Below are positions 55,215-64,000 of a stretch of 64,000 nucleotides of DNA, one piece after another. Made by a program: the position numbers and the translations under genes. This stretch comes from a plasmid. The stretch lies in sequence record NZ_CP028352.1, one strand, 5' to 3'. Position 1 is the stretch's first letter, and each line of letters begins with the position of its first letter. Below the pieces are notes generated by a model, which was not told where the DNA came from, ran no database searches, and saw nothing but the letters and a program-made list of their open reading frames with translations.

Positions 55215-55754
55215 TCAGAGCAGGCCGAGTGTTTTCTGTAAGGCGTCAAGCAGGTAGGGGTTACACACAAACATCACGCCGATAATAAATTTGACTGTGC
55301 CGCTACTGACGTCGTTGCCCGCAGTCAGGCCGGAATGGCCGTCTTTTCGGGAACGACGCCACATCAGAACGCCGGAGAGGACGAACCATACACCTACCAT
55401 TCGCAGCAGGCTCAGCAGGGCGTTGGCGGCGACTGCCCCCTGACCGAAGGTGCCCTGGTCAACATAACTGATGGCGTCAAATGAAACTTGCCACCCCACC
55501 TGACGCGCCCCCGCGCCAATAAGTTGATCAAGTCCTACCAGGCAGCCGCACAGCAGTATCCAGGCCACCACTGCGCCGCCGCTCGCCGACTGCCCGGGTG
55601 CTTTGCGGGCAAGCCAGGACTGACGGGCAAGAAACCCGCCTGCTCCCAGTACCCCGAACAACGATCCCAGCGTCAGGGCCAGGGAGATGAAAGTGCTCTG
55701 CAGCCCGGAGGCAAGGTTAGAAAGCATCTGGATGCCATCAAGAGAACTGCCCAT
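55215..55754 (-). CDS. traQ: TraQ/DotE-like membrane protein.
   Basis: 179 aa with four predicted TM helices. Size and order match R64 TraQ. Confidence 0.4.
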   Translation of the reverse strand: MGSSLDGIQMLSNLASGLQSTFISLALTLGSLFGVLGAGGFLARQSWLARKAPGQSASGGAVVAWILLCGCLVGLDQLIGAGARQVGWQVSFDAISYVDQGTFGQGAVAANALLSLLRMVGVWFVLSGVLMWRRSRKDGHSGLTAGNDVSSGTVKFIIGVMFVCNPYLLDALQKTLGLL

Positions 55755-55763
55755 GACGCCTCC

Positions 55764-56504
55764 TTAGCGAAGCACGCCAGCGCTGGTCATAACGCTGCGC
55801 TCCGCCGAGCTGATATCGCGCACTGTCACACCTCCCAGGCTGTCTCCCGGCTGCACGGCATAGGTTCTGCCCTGCCAGCTCACCCATGCCATGCCTTCCT
55901 GAAGACTTTCCAGCCGCATGCCGGCAAGCGCTGAGCGTGTTACTTTATGCCCTGTGGCAGGCCGGGAGGCATCTGCAGCAGGACGGACTGCCAGTACGGT
56001 GACAAGATTGCCCAGCCGCACGTTCTCCTGCGCCACTCCATCAAGCTGCTGCTGCAGCGCGGACAGTGCCTTAGTCTGTGCCCGCACTGTGTCAGACAGG
56101 CGTGTAATAGCTTCACGATTGGCCGCCTCAAACTCCCGCCCCTCACGAATAATTGAGACAAGGTCATCCGGCACGCTGCCGGCAGCAGGTGCCGTATTCA
56201 CAGTCGCGGGAACGCTGAGCCCGCCGGTCTGCAGCGGTACCGGTGCAGAGGCTGCAGGTGCCTGGACAGCTTCCAGCCCGGCGTCCTGACCAAACGCACG
56301 CTGGCTGGCCTCCTGTGAGGAAGAAGCGGGCCAGAACAGGTACCATGCCGTGCCGCCCAGCCCCAGAAAGATAACGATTATCCAGGGCAGCGAGTAGCCC
56401 AGAAGCACTGGGCGCGTCAGCAGACTCTGTTTTTTTGCAGCGAGCGGTGACGCGGCTGGAGCCACAGGTGCAGTTTCTGCCGGCTGCGGATCAAATTCAT
56501 TCAC
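55764..56504 (-). CDS. traP: TraP/DotF-like bitopic membrane protein.
   Basis: 246 aa with a single TM (LLGYSLPWIIVIFLGLGG). Confidence 0.4.
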   Translation of the reverse strand: MNEFDPQPAETAPVAPAASPLAAKKQSLLTRPVLLGYSLPWIIVIFLGLGGTAWYLFWPASSSQEASQRAFGQDAGLEAVQAPAASAPVPLQTGGLSVPATVNTAPAAGSVPDDLVSIIREGREFEAANREAITRLSDTVRAQTKALSALQQQLDGVAQENVRLGNLVTVLAVRPAADASRPATGHKVTRSALAGMRLESLQEGMAWVSWQGRTYAVQPGDSLGGVTVRDISSAERSVMTSAGVLR

Positions 56505-57804
56505 GGGCGTTTCCTCTCTGTTCAGCGGCGCGGATGCGCGCCTGCGTTTCCGCGCGAAGGTCTGCGGCGGTAGGTGTCGGATTGCTGCTTAATGAGTCAG
56601 ACGTTCTGAAGCTGCCAGATGAGGACATGACTCCCTGCGGTGATTCAGCATCGGTGCTGTACACGCCTCGCATAAACTGGATGGCCACCACTTCGCCATT
56701 TTTCACCGTTACGGTACGATCCGGCAGTCGCGCGGCATCGCTGGCCAGCACCTGTGCCGCCTGCTCCGCTGTACCACCTGCAATGACCCCGGCGACTGCT
56801 GTTCCATCCGGCGTGGAGGGACGTGTAGTAACGGTATTAAAGCCATTGCTCAGCAGCTGCGTATTGGCCTGCGCGTAAAGCTGACCTGTTGCGCCAATTC
56901 CCTTAAAGATTGCAGGCAGCACAATGCGTCGGACATAGTGATGCTCAACGTCAGTCGCGATGTTGGCTACGAGGGTGTCATCCTGCAGCGCGTAAGCATC
57001 TACTTTGTAGTTCTGTCCGTTCAGCGCCATTGTGGTGAAGTGAATAATCACGCCATCGCCGGACAGCTTCGCCCCCTCGGGTGCCTGCAGCACCGCGCCA
57101 GCGTACTGACCTGTGGTGATCCGGCCCAGCACCGGCGTGGTGCCGTTGTCAGAGTTAACCGCTGTGTAAATCTCACCCGGCCCGCGCCAGTATGGTGCCA
57201 CTACAACAGAGGCCGGCGGTGTGTTCTCGATGGCATGACGGCTGCGCGCGGCGGCCTGCTGTGTATAGCTGCCAGGCTGCGAATCACGCCAGCTTGCCCA
57301 GCTACTCTCTTTTTCTCCCAGCAGCTGAGCCGTCGGCAGCTCATCTGTTTTCGGCTCCATCTGCATCTTTGCAAGCAAAGCATTCAGCGACTTTGTACGA
57401 GTCTCAGCCAGCGATTTTTCCTGCTCCGGTGTTCGGCCGCCGGCCTGCTGTCGCGGTGGAGGCGTAGACGTCGCAGCAGGAGCCACAACTACAGCAGATT
57501 TAGGAGTCACCACATCCTGCTGCGCCGGAATGCTGGCAATGAAGCTCGTGTTCCGGGCAGCGGCGGCCTGCGCGCCCAGTGCGTTGCTTTCACGCAGCCG
57601 GTCCCGATAGTCAGGCTGCTCCTGTGCGCCCACCTGCGCGGTACTTGCAAGGCGGGTCAGATTGACATTTGAGGGCTCGATCGCCGGTGCGGCAAAGTAG
57701 CTCCACAGCCAGTAGCCGCCGCCTGCGAATATCACAATGCCACCCGCTATCAGACTTATCATCAGGCGGATGTTGCTGCCGCCGGTATTCTGTTGATCGC
57801 TCAT
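56497..57804 (-). CDS. traO: TraO/DotG-like protein with a VirB10/TrbI-like C-terminal domain.
   Basis: N-terminal TM, then a Pro/Ala-rich linker, then a C-terminal beta-rich domain (...GRITTGQYAGAVLQAPEGAKLSGDGVIIHF...). 435 aa. Confidence 0.5.
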   Translation of the reverse strand: MSDQQNTGGSNIRLMISLIAGGIVIFAGGGYWLWSYFAAPAIEPSNVNLTRLASTAQVGAQEQPDYRDRLRESNALGAQAAAARNTSFIASIPAQQDVVTPKSAVVVAPAATSTPPPRQQAGGRTPEQEKSLAETRTKSLNALLAKMQMEPKTDELPTAQLLGEKESSWASWRDSQPGSYTQQAAARSRHAIENTPPASVVVAPYWRGPGEIYTAVNSDNGTTPVLGRITTGQYAGAVLQAPEGAKLSGDGVIIHFTTMALNGQNYKVDAYALQDDTLVANIATDVEHHYVRRIVLPAIFKGIGATGQLYAQANTQLLSNGFNTVTTRPSTPDGTAVAGVIAGGTAEQAAQVLASDAARLPDRTVTVKNGEVVAIQFMRGVYSTDAESPQGVMSSSGSFRTSDSLSSNPTPTAADLRAETQARIRAAEQRGNARE

Positions 57805-57806
57805 GA

Positions 57807-58814
57807 TTACTCCAGGGCAATACTGAGGGCTTCGGTACGCCCATCAACGGAGAAGGCCACACGCGGCGTCAGCGGAAGCTTCCACAAATGCGTGCCGTCG
57901 GCGGAGGATAGCGTGGTGTCAAACTCGTCGCGGATGTCCGCGCGCGAACGAATGTAGAGATCGTCGCCCTGCTGCCACACCGCGGTGTCGGGCACGCTGC
58001 CGGTCACCTTCAGGCGCTTTGCGCCCGATGGCGGCACGCCGTCCAGAAACGCCTGCAGCACGTCGTCGTGCAGCCCGATACGTGACGGTCCCGGCGCGTC
58101 TGGAGCTGCACCTGGACCGCGGCGAGGGATCCGCAAGTCAAGGCGCGCATCCACCGTCCAGGTTTTTTTGGCGGTGTCAGCCTCGCCGCTCATCACGCTT
58201 ATCTGAATCGGCACCGGCAAGCCTTCCAGTCCTACAGTCACCAGCGTGTTCACGAAATCGCGCTTTGCAGTGATGACCATAAAGGACATACCCGGTATCC
58301 ACTTCACTTCAATCTCAGCGGAGCCAGAGACCGGTTCACCTAAGATTTTCCAGGGCGCGCCCGTACTGTCAATAAAGCTCACCGTGGCGGGCCAGTTTAC
58401 GGCGGTACGCACCAGCGGTAGGCTCGCGCCCGGCTGCAGACTCACAGTCTGTGCGCTGATGCGTGGCACCGCTGTGATACCCGGCGTAGCCAGCGCCCGG
58501 TTCTGTTCGGTCTGCTGCGCGCGCAGTTGGCGGATTTCATCCGGCGTCAGAGGAGATATGGTCGCCTGCGCCTGGTCGTACGCGGCCGATGTAGGCGGCG
58601 GCAGCGCCTGTCCGGGCAGCGGCCCAGACTGCAGGGCCGAGGCGCCCACCGCCTGCCCTGATGCAGTCTGACTGGCGGTCGGCGCGGCGCCGGGCGTTGC
58701 GGTGGTGCGCCAGTTGCCGTCGCTCCCGGCAGCCGGGGGGGTTCCCGCTGAGGTGGCGGCGCCCGCGCTACCGCACAGCGCCAGCCACAGGGCCAGCATG
58801 CGAAAGTTGCTCAT
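57807..58814 (-). CDS. traN: TraN/DotH-like outer-membrane component.
   Basis: Signal peptide MSNFRMLALWLALCGSAGAA. ~335 aa after start correction. Confidence 0.5.
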   Translation of the reverse strand: MSNFRMLALWLALCGSAGAATSAGTPPAAGSDGNWRTTATPGAAPTASQTASGQAVGASALQSGPLPGQALPPPTSAAYDQAQATISPLTPDEIRQLRAQQTEQNRALATPGITAVPRISAQTVSLQPGASLPLVRTAVNWPATVSFIDSTGAPWKILGEPVSGSAEIEVKWIPGMSFMVITAKRDFVNTLVTVGLEGLPVPIQISVMSGEADTAKKTWTVDARLDLRIPRRGPGAAPDAPGPSRIGLHDDVLQAFLDGVPPSGAKRLKVTGSVPDTAVWQQGDDLYIRSRADIRDEFDTTLSSADGTHLWKLPLTPRVAFSVDGRTEALSIALE

Positions 58815-58818
58815 AGCA

Positions 58819-59511
58819 TTATCCTGCGTTGTTAGTAATGGTCTGCGTAACCTCAAGACCGCGTTTTTTAAGGCGCGTGTCAGCCTGCTGGATGCGGAGC
58901 GTGAAGATGTAGCGCAGCGGCGGAGTACTGCTGTTCTGGCCCTGCAGTCGCATGGTCACGGGGTACTGGAACTCCCACGTGTAGCGGCCGCTGATAACTC
59001 CACGGCGCGTAATGACGCCGGGTTCTACGGAGTTGGTCAGGTTCATACGCTTATCCCGGACCAGCGCCAGAATGTTTGATCCGGTGGTCAGCGCCTGGTT
59101 GTAACCAACAAAACCTTCCTCGGAGAAATTCGGCGACACAGCGGTCATCTGGTCACGGTAGTGCACGAAGTCCAGCGTGAACGCCTGACTGATGGTGTCA
59201 GCGCCGAACTGGCGCACGTCGCTTTCACTCCAGACTGGCTTGTCCGTCGCGTAGACGGTCGTGATACGTCCGCCCTCAGTGGCGATGTACTCCCGCGGCA
59301 CGTTGATATACATGAAGATCAGAACGCCGATGCTAATGGCCTGTAAGACGTTGAGGATAAGGCTCCAGCCAAGCTTCTTCAGGCAGTTACGTGCAAAGTC
59401 TGCGCCCAGAGACCGCTCATGCTGTGCCTGCACCGCGTGTTCGTAGGCATTAGCATCTGTTATAGCCACGACCGCCGCCTCTGGTGGCGCGGCGGGTTGA
59501 GGGTTTTGCAT
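58819..59511 (-). CDS. traM: TraM/DotI-like bitopic inner-membrane protein (230 aa).
   Basis: Single TM (LILNVLQAISIGVLIFMYI) and a periplasmic C-domain. The length equals R64 TraM. Confidence 0.5.
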   Translation of the reverse strand: MQNPQPAAPPEAAVVAITDANAYEHAVQAQHERSLGADFARNCLKKLGWSLILNVLQAISIGVLIFMYINVPREYIATEGGRITTVYATDKPVWSESDVRQFGADTISQAFTLDFVHYRDQMTAVSPNFSEEGFVGYNQALTTGSNILALVRDKRMNLTNSVEPGVITRRGVISGRYTWEFQYPVTMRLQGQNSSTPPLRYIFTLRIQQADTRLKKRGLEVTQTITNNAG

Positions 59512-59521
59512 GGGGGGCTCC

Positions 59522-59872
59522 TTACAGGCCGTATGACTGCCATGGGTCGATGCTGGTCGGCAGATTGCTGTTGATTTTGTCCGTCAGCGCCCCGCAGACC
59601 TTCTCTGACGCCTGGTTCATGATGTCCTGCAGACTTGGCAGATTAGGCAAGCTGATGGAGATATTGCGGATACCGGATAGACAGTTCTGCAACTGATCCG
59701 AGGTCTGGCTCTCACGTGCAGACCATGCATCATTCGCCTTTTTCGCGGCGTTGTATCCTGCTTCACTGCCGGCCTGCGCGGCAGTTCCGGCACGGCAGGT
59801 CGCGGCATCAGCACCAAAAATTGTGCAGCATAAAAAGACCGCCACGAGGGCGGTCGATGTGTTCAGTTTCAT
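59522..59872 (-). CDS. traL: TraL-like small secreted protein (116 aa).
   Basis: Signal peptide MKLNTSTALVAVFLCCTIFGADA. First gene after the primase. Confidence 0.45.
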   Translation of the reverse strand: MKLNTSTALVAVFLCCTIFGADAATCRAGTAAQAGSEAGYNAAKKANDAWSARESQTSDQLQNCLSGIRNISISLPNLPSLQDIMNQASEKVCGALTDKINSNLPTSIDPWQSYGL

Positions 59873-59894
59873 GTGAAATCTCCGGTTGGATCGA

Positions 59895-62800
59895 TTACTG
59901 GGCCGGCCGCGGCGGCGTAGCCGGTACTGCCTGTGGTGCTGCTGCCGGCTGCTCCTTTACCCAGCCGGACTCTGCCTTATAGCGTTCGTCATAGCCGAGG
60001 CGGGCGTGGAGCGCGGCGGGCACATCCGCTGGCGAATCCAGCTTTGCGATGCGCTGCTGCGTGTCGCCGGTGAACCTTACTACCACGTGCTCACGCGGAA
60101 CCGGCTGACCGTTTGAACGGTTAATACCATTGCCGCTGCCGATAGGCTGTGCCCCTTCCGGCGTTAGCAGATTCACCACCATCGGCGGAGCCTCCGTGCT
60201 ACCTGGAAGACTGACCAGCACGTGCTGATAGGTGCCGTTCTGCCGCACCACCCCCTGTAAGTAATCACCGTCTCCCTGCACCAGAAGCAGATCCGGGCGG
60301 CCGTCTTCACCCCATGAGGACATGACTGGTACACCAGCACGGTCGTTATGGGCAGGACGTGGTGCCGACAGTGGATCACCGGGCTGACTGCTCCCCTGTC
60401 CGTCCGGCCGGAACCAGTACAGCCCATCTGCGGGCTTTGGTGGCGCATCAATATTGATGTCGAGACGACTTACCAGCGTATGCTGGATCTGTGTGTACCG
60501 ATTTACATCTACGGCTGCCAGCGGCACTAAATCATCAGCACCGGTCTGAACGCGTGAGCCGCCAGCTGGCGACAGAGACCACCGATTTCGGTGAGTGTTC
60601 TCGTTTTCATAATGGGTGACGACACCCTCTTCATTTTTCCTGGGTACCTTAATGGTGACTGGTTGCTTACCCTGCCACTGGAGCGTGACCATACGGCCGG
60701 TCTTCAGATTTGTCTCGCGCAGCAGGCCAGCAAGCTCTTTGCCCCAGAACGTTTGCGGGCCCTCTTTTGTGCGCAGGGTGATAAAGGTACTTTCGCTGGC
60801 ATCAGGTTCAAAGCGGAACGGAGCCTGTCCGAAGGCAGTAACTTTACCGGTGACCGGCTCGCGGGCTTTTTCCGCAGGGGTGTGAACCGCCGGTGAGATT
60901 TTCGGCGCAGCAGGCTCAGAGGCGGGTACAGAATTCTGCTGCTGTGAGCCTGTCATGGGCGCGGAGTTTTTCACAGGCACATCGGCATGCGCCGCCGGAC
61001 CATGCTGAGTGATCGGCGGTGCCTCATAAGTGCGTGGTACCTGTTGGTCGCCGCGTACCGCATCTGCCGGAGCGGCAGGACTCACGGGCTGACCCGCTGC
61101 ACGTCGTGCTGCATCCAGTTCTGCCTGCTGACTGGCATTCTTCATGCTCACGTCCAGCTTGTTGGCCACGATGACGTCGATCGCAAATGCTTTGAACTCG
61201 TCGCTGCCAGTGAGCTCTATGCGACCGTGGTATTGGTGCGCAGCTGTAAGAAGCGCGGCCAGCACTTTTTCCTCATGCGAACTGGTGCCTTCGGCCATCA
61301 CCAGGCGATTGCCGTGGTCGATAAACGCGGGCTCGCCATCCAGCTTGTACAGGACGCTTTTGCCGTCCGGGTGTTTCTCGTGAGTGACGCGGCTCAGCAG
61401 CTTATCGGCATCGATACGTGCCGACTTCGACCCGGAAGAGGCGGGCGCATCTTCATCCTGAGCCGCCACGCGAGGCGCGCCGACCAGGATGGCATTTTCT
61501 GCGCCAAAACCGGAGGTTAGTGGGTTGCCCGGCGAGGCGTCAGGCTGCGGAGCATCCTCTGCAGCCGCCTGCGCCACTTCTTCATGTGCAAGTTCTGGCG
61601 TGCGGGCGGCGCGTTCAGGTCTGGCATCAGCCTCTGCCGTTTGAGAAGAGACGTCCGATACAGCAGAAGCAACAGGGGCTGAAACCGATGGAGCTTGTGT
61701 CGCCTGCTCAGATGCTATGGCGGATACCACTGGCATTTCGGATGCCGTTGCAGCTATCGCTGCATTAGGCTGCGGGTCCGTCACATTTGCTTTTATCATC
61801 GATGTCACCGGCTCAGTCCCGATGGCCATGGATGGTGTGACGACGGCGGACGGGGCCGGCACTGCCTCAGGCTCCGGAGATAGCGCGTCAGAGGATGTGA
61901 CCGTTACTGAAAGCGGTGCCGGTGAGGCCGCGTCGGATGGGGCTGGTAGTGCGCCCAGGTTCGCAAAGGCCCCCTCTGCTGCAGATAGTGCAGCCGGAGT
62001 GACTTTGCCGATCTCTGACAGCCGCACTACCTCATTGCGCAGCACCACCAGGTTGTCCTCAAACTGTGCGCGTGAGACATCACCGCGAACGAGAAGGCTG
62101 AGCTGCGCCTCAATGCGTGCTGGGACGGTAGCAACATCGAGCGAGGCGGCCCCGGGATTGCGGGTTAAATAGTCTCCACGGGGAACCGGTGCGTCCGGCG
62201 AGGGCATACCCGCGAGTCCGTCCTGCGTTACGCGATCAAACGCACCCTGTACTTCTTCAAGGTGGCTGCTGGCATAGACGCCCTGCGCCTTTGCATCATC
62301 GAGCTGTGCCTGAAGCCGCGCCACGTTTTCCGTCAGAGCCGGCGCCGCCGTTTCACCGCGTGCCAGCGACACAAACTCATCACGCAGGGCCATCTGGATA
62401 CGAACAAGCGCTGTAGCGTTCGGGTCAGCAGCAGACGCTGGCGGCAGCTGCGCCGCTATAACCGCCGCGGTTGCCGAATACTGAGCGGCACGCTCAGGGC
62501 TCTCCAGTGAAGCCATGCGCTCAAAGACCGCGCGTGTTTCCTCCTGACGGCCCGGCTTAAAGCGTTGCGGGTCGGCGCGGGTAAACTCGCCGTAAAGCAT
62601 CCGCACCTCACGATCAAATTGCGCACGTGTCACGTCCCCTCGCGCCAGTAGCGCATACTGCTGAGCTACCCTGTCTGGCACGGTGTTAACGTCAAGCGTG
62701 CCCCCGGTCGGGTGAAGTGAGCTCCAGGTGTCGCGCTGGCCAAGAAGGCCACGCAGGCGGCTTAAACCGCCCGTTTCCATGACGTTAGCACCTGCCATTC

Positions 62801-64000
62801 CACCCTGCGTCACGCGGTCAAAGATCTGCTGCATTTCCTTTACGTGTTCACGGGTGTACACGCCGGCTATCAACGCGCTCTCCACGCGTGAACGCAGCGT
62901 GCTGATGTCCTGTAGCAGCGTCGCCGGTGAGATCTGACCGCTGGCCAGCGCGGCCAGCCTGTCACGTAGCTCGGCGCCAGTGCCGTAGAGACCAGTGAAT
63001 CCGTTATAAGCGGCGGCGGACGGTGGCGGCATCACCGGTGATGCAGGTGATGTCAAAACCTCCGCCTGCGTAACAGCCGGGGCTAACGCTGAAGGTGCAG
63101 CCACCGTTGCAGTGACAGGTTGAGCTTCGGCAGTCGATGCCATGCCAGTCGCAGGCGCCGGGATGTCAGAGTCGCTGACGTTGACGCCAGGCGCCTCTGC
63201 AGCCGCAGACGTCTCTGCCGGAGTGGCCGGTTCGCTCACATTGGAAGCAGGTATGGTGCTGTCCGTTGCTGGCGCATCTGTCTGCTGCGCTTTCAGAATG
63301 CGGTACACGCTGGTCTGCCCGATGCCAAGCTGTTCAGCAATCTGTGCGGGCTTCAGGCCTTGATCGCGCAGCTTAAGAATCTCATCCGTTTTTTCCTTTG
63401 CCGCGCCGGGGCGGCGGGCGGGCATGACTTCTGGTGCGTCCGGGGACACAGCGGGATGATTATCCGGCGCAGGTTGTGCGTCATCAGGTGTGGCCATTGG
63501 GGCATCCTTATAATTGAGCTGCTCAAGAGCCTGAGCAATATCGGGAAGCAGCGTTTCGCGCAGGCGCTCAGCGCCACGGAAAAGGTGCAAATCGTTGAAG
63601 TCTGTAAAGCCGCGTTCGATTTCGGCGGCCGTCAGGTCTGGCAGCAGAACCACGCCTCCGGTGGCGGCTGCAGCTCGGTTTGCCGACAGTACGCCTTTGT
63701 TTTTTTCTTTTGCATGATCAACATCGGCCATAAACAGGTGAGGGCTGTCGGGATACCGAACTTTAAGCACGTTGGCCACTGCCTCCATGTTCCCGGCATC
63801 GATAGTCATCACAACTGGCCGGCCGGTAACCATATAAAGGCTGCGCGCTGTGGCGTAACCTTCGGCGTACAGAATGGGTTCACCGTTGCGCAGTTCGCCG
63901 CCCTCCACGCGAAAATGTCCGGCTTTGGGTGCGTCCTTAAACAGATATTTTTCGCCGTCAGGCGGAATGTACTGCAGCGTCCGGAAAGTACCGTCAGCAT
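59895..64000 (-). CDS. sog: Sog-like conjugative DNA primase (N-terminal Toprim domain), 5'-partial; the ORF continues beyond the window end.
   Basis: The reading frame stays open to position 64000. The Toprim region (...ILYAEGYATARSLYMVTGRPVVMTIDAGNME...FMADVDHAKE) has EG and DxD motifs. >1340 aa with a long low-complexity Ala/Pro/Thr-rich middle, as in IncI Sog. Confidence 0.55.
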   Translation of the reverse strand, partial: ADGTFRTLQYIPPDGEKYLFKDAPKAGHFRVEGGELRNGEPILYAEGYATARSLYMVTGRPVVMTIDAGNMEAVANVLKVRYPDSPHLFMADVDHAKEKNKGVLSANRAAAATGGVVLLPDLTAAEIERGFTDFNDLHLFRGAERLRETLLPDIAQALEQLNYKDAPMATPDDAQPAPDNHPAVSPDAPEVMPARRPGAAKEKTDEILKLRDQGLKPAQIAEQLGIGQTSVYRILKAQQTDAPATDSTIPASNVSEPATPAETSAAAEAPGVNVSDSDIPAPATGMASTAEAQPVTATVAAPSALAPAVTQAEVLTSPASPVMPPPSAAAYNGFTGLYGTGAELRDRLAALASGQISPATLLQDISTLRSRVESALIAGVYTREHVKEMQQIFDRVTQGGMAGANVMETGGLSRLRGLLGQRDTWSSLHPTGGTLDVNTVPDRVAQQYALLARGDVTRAQFDREVRMLYGEFTRADPQRFKPGRQEETRAVFERMASLESPERAAQYSATAAVIAAQLPPASAADPNATALVRIQMALRDEFVSLARGETAAPALTENVARLQAQLDDAKAQGVYASSHLEEVQGAFDRVTQDGLAGMPSPDAPVPRGDYLTRNPGAASLDVATVPARIEAQLSLLVRGDVSRAQFEDNLVVLRNEVVRLSEIGKVTPAALSAAEGAFANLGALPAPSDAASPAPLSVTVTSSDALSPEPEAVPAPSAVVTPSMAIGTEPVTSMIKANVTDPQPNAAIAATASEMPVVSAIASEQATQAPSVSAPVASAVSDVSSQTAEADARPERAARTPELAHEEVAQAAAEDAPQPDASPGNPLTSGFGAENAILVGAPRVAAQDEDAPASSGSKSARIDADKLLSRVTHEKHPDGKSVLYKLDGEPAFIDHGNRLVMAEGTSSHEEKVLAALLTAAHQYHGRIELTGSDEFKAFAIDVIVANKLDVSMKNASQQAELDAARRAAGQPVSPAAPADAVRGDQQVPRTYEAPPITQHGPAAHADVPVKNSAPMTGSQQQNSVPASEPAAPKISPAVHTPAEKAREPVTGKVTAFGQAPFRFEPDASESTFITLRTKEGPQTFWGKELAGLLRETNLKTGRMVTLQWQGKQPVTIKVPRKNEEGVVTHYENENTHRNRWSLSPAGGSRVQTGADDLVPLAAVDVNRYTQIQHTLVSRLDINIDAPPKPADGLYWFRPDGQGSSQPGDPLSAPRPAHNDRAGVPVMSSWGEDGRPDLLLVQGDGDYLQGVVRQNGTYQHVLVSLPGSTEAPPMVVNLLTPEGAQPIGSGNGINRSNGQPVPREHVVVRFTGDTQQRIAKLDSPADVPAALHARLGYDERYKAESGWVKEQPAAAPQAVPATPPRPAQ

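Noticed and set aside
59895-63908. Treating the sog-like ORF as starting at the ATG at 63908 (1337 aa)
   Set aside because: The same frame remains open with no stop up to the window edge (…ADGTFRTLQYIPPDGEKYLFKDAPKAGHFRVEGGELRNG…). The gene is therefore 5'-partial here and the true start lies beyond position 64000.

Overview
This window is a mosaic segment of an Enterobacterales conjugative plasmid. All calls come from reading the sequence and ORF translations by eye; no database search was run. Left to right: (1) Leading-region style block: 3'-partial DNA methylase, two ~150-bp Frpo/ssi-like direct repeats, a small HTH gene, and a LexA-boxed umuDC/mucAB-like operon. (2) parAB partition operon with five copies of a TTTCGCATGCGAAA-core palindrome (parS-like). 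A ~1.3-kb noncoding stretch beside it holds long palindromes, direct repeats and a type-I-toxin-like mini-ORF. (3) Accessory cluster of candidate defence genes: two adjacent HEPN-motif proteins, a ResD-like tyrosine recombinase, an RloC/PrrC-like ATPase, and an AT-rich DGQHR (DndB/ParB-nuclease-like) gene with a partner of unknown function. It also holds a Cys/His-rich unknown protein and an OafA-like acyltransferase. (4) An ~11-kb Tn554-like element (two tyrosine recombinases, short terminal IRs) inserted in a second umuC copy. Its cargo is a fluoride-riboswitch-controlled operon (family-II pyrophosphatase, Usp, enolase, GpmA, CrcB) plus a TehA-like channel, a YVTN beta-propeller protein and a UDG-like protein. 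(5) The yedK SRAP gene, an IncFII-type replicon (repA2/copB, copA, tap, repA1, DnaA box) and nuc. (6) An IncI/Dot-Icm-like type IVB transfer operon (trbCBA, excA, traY...traL, sog-like primase running off the window end).
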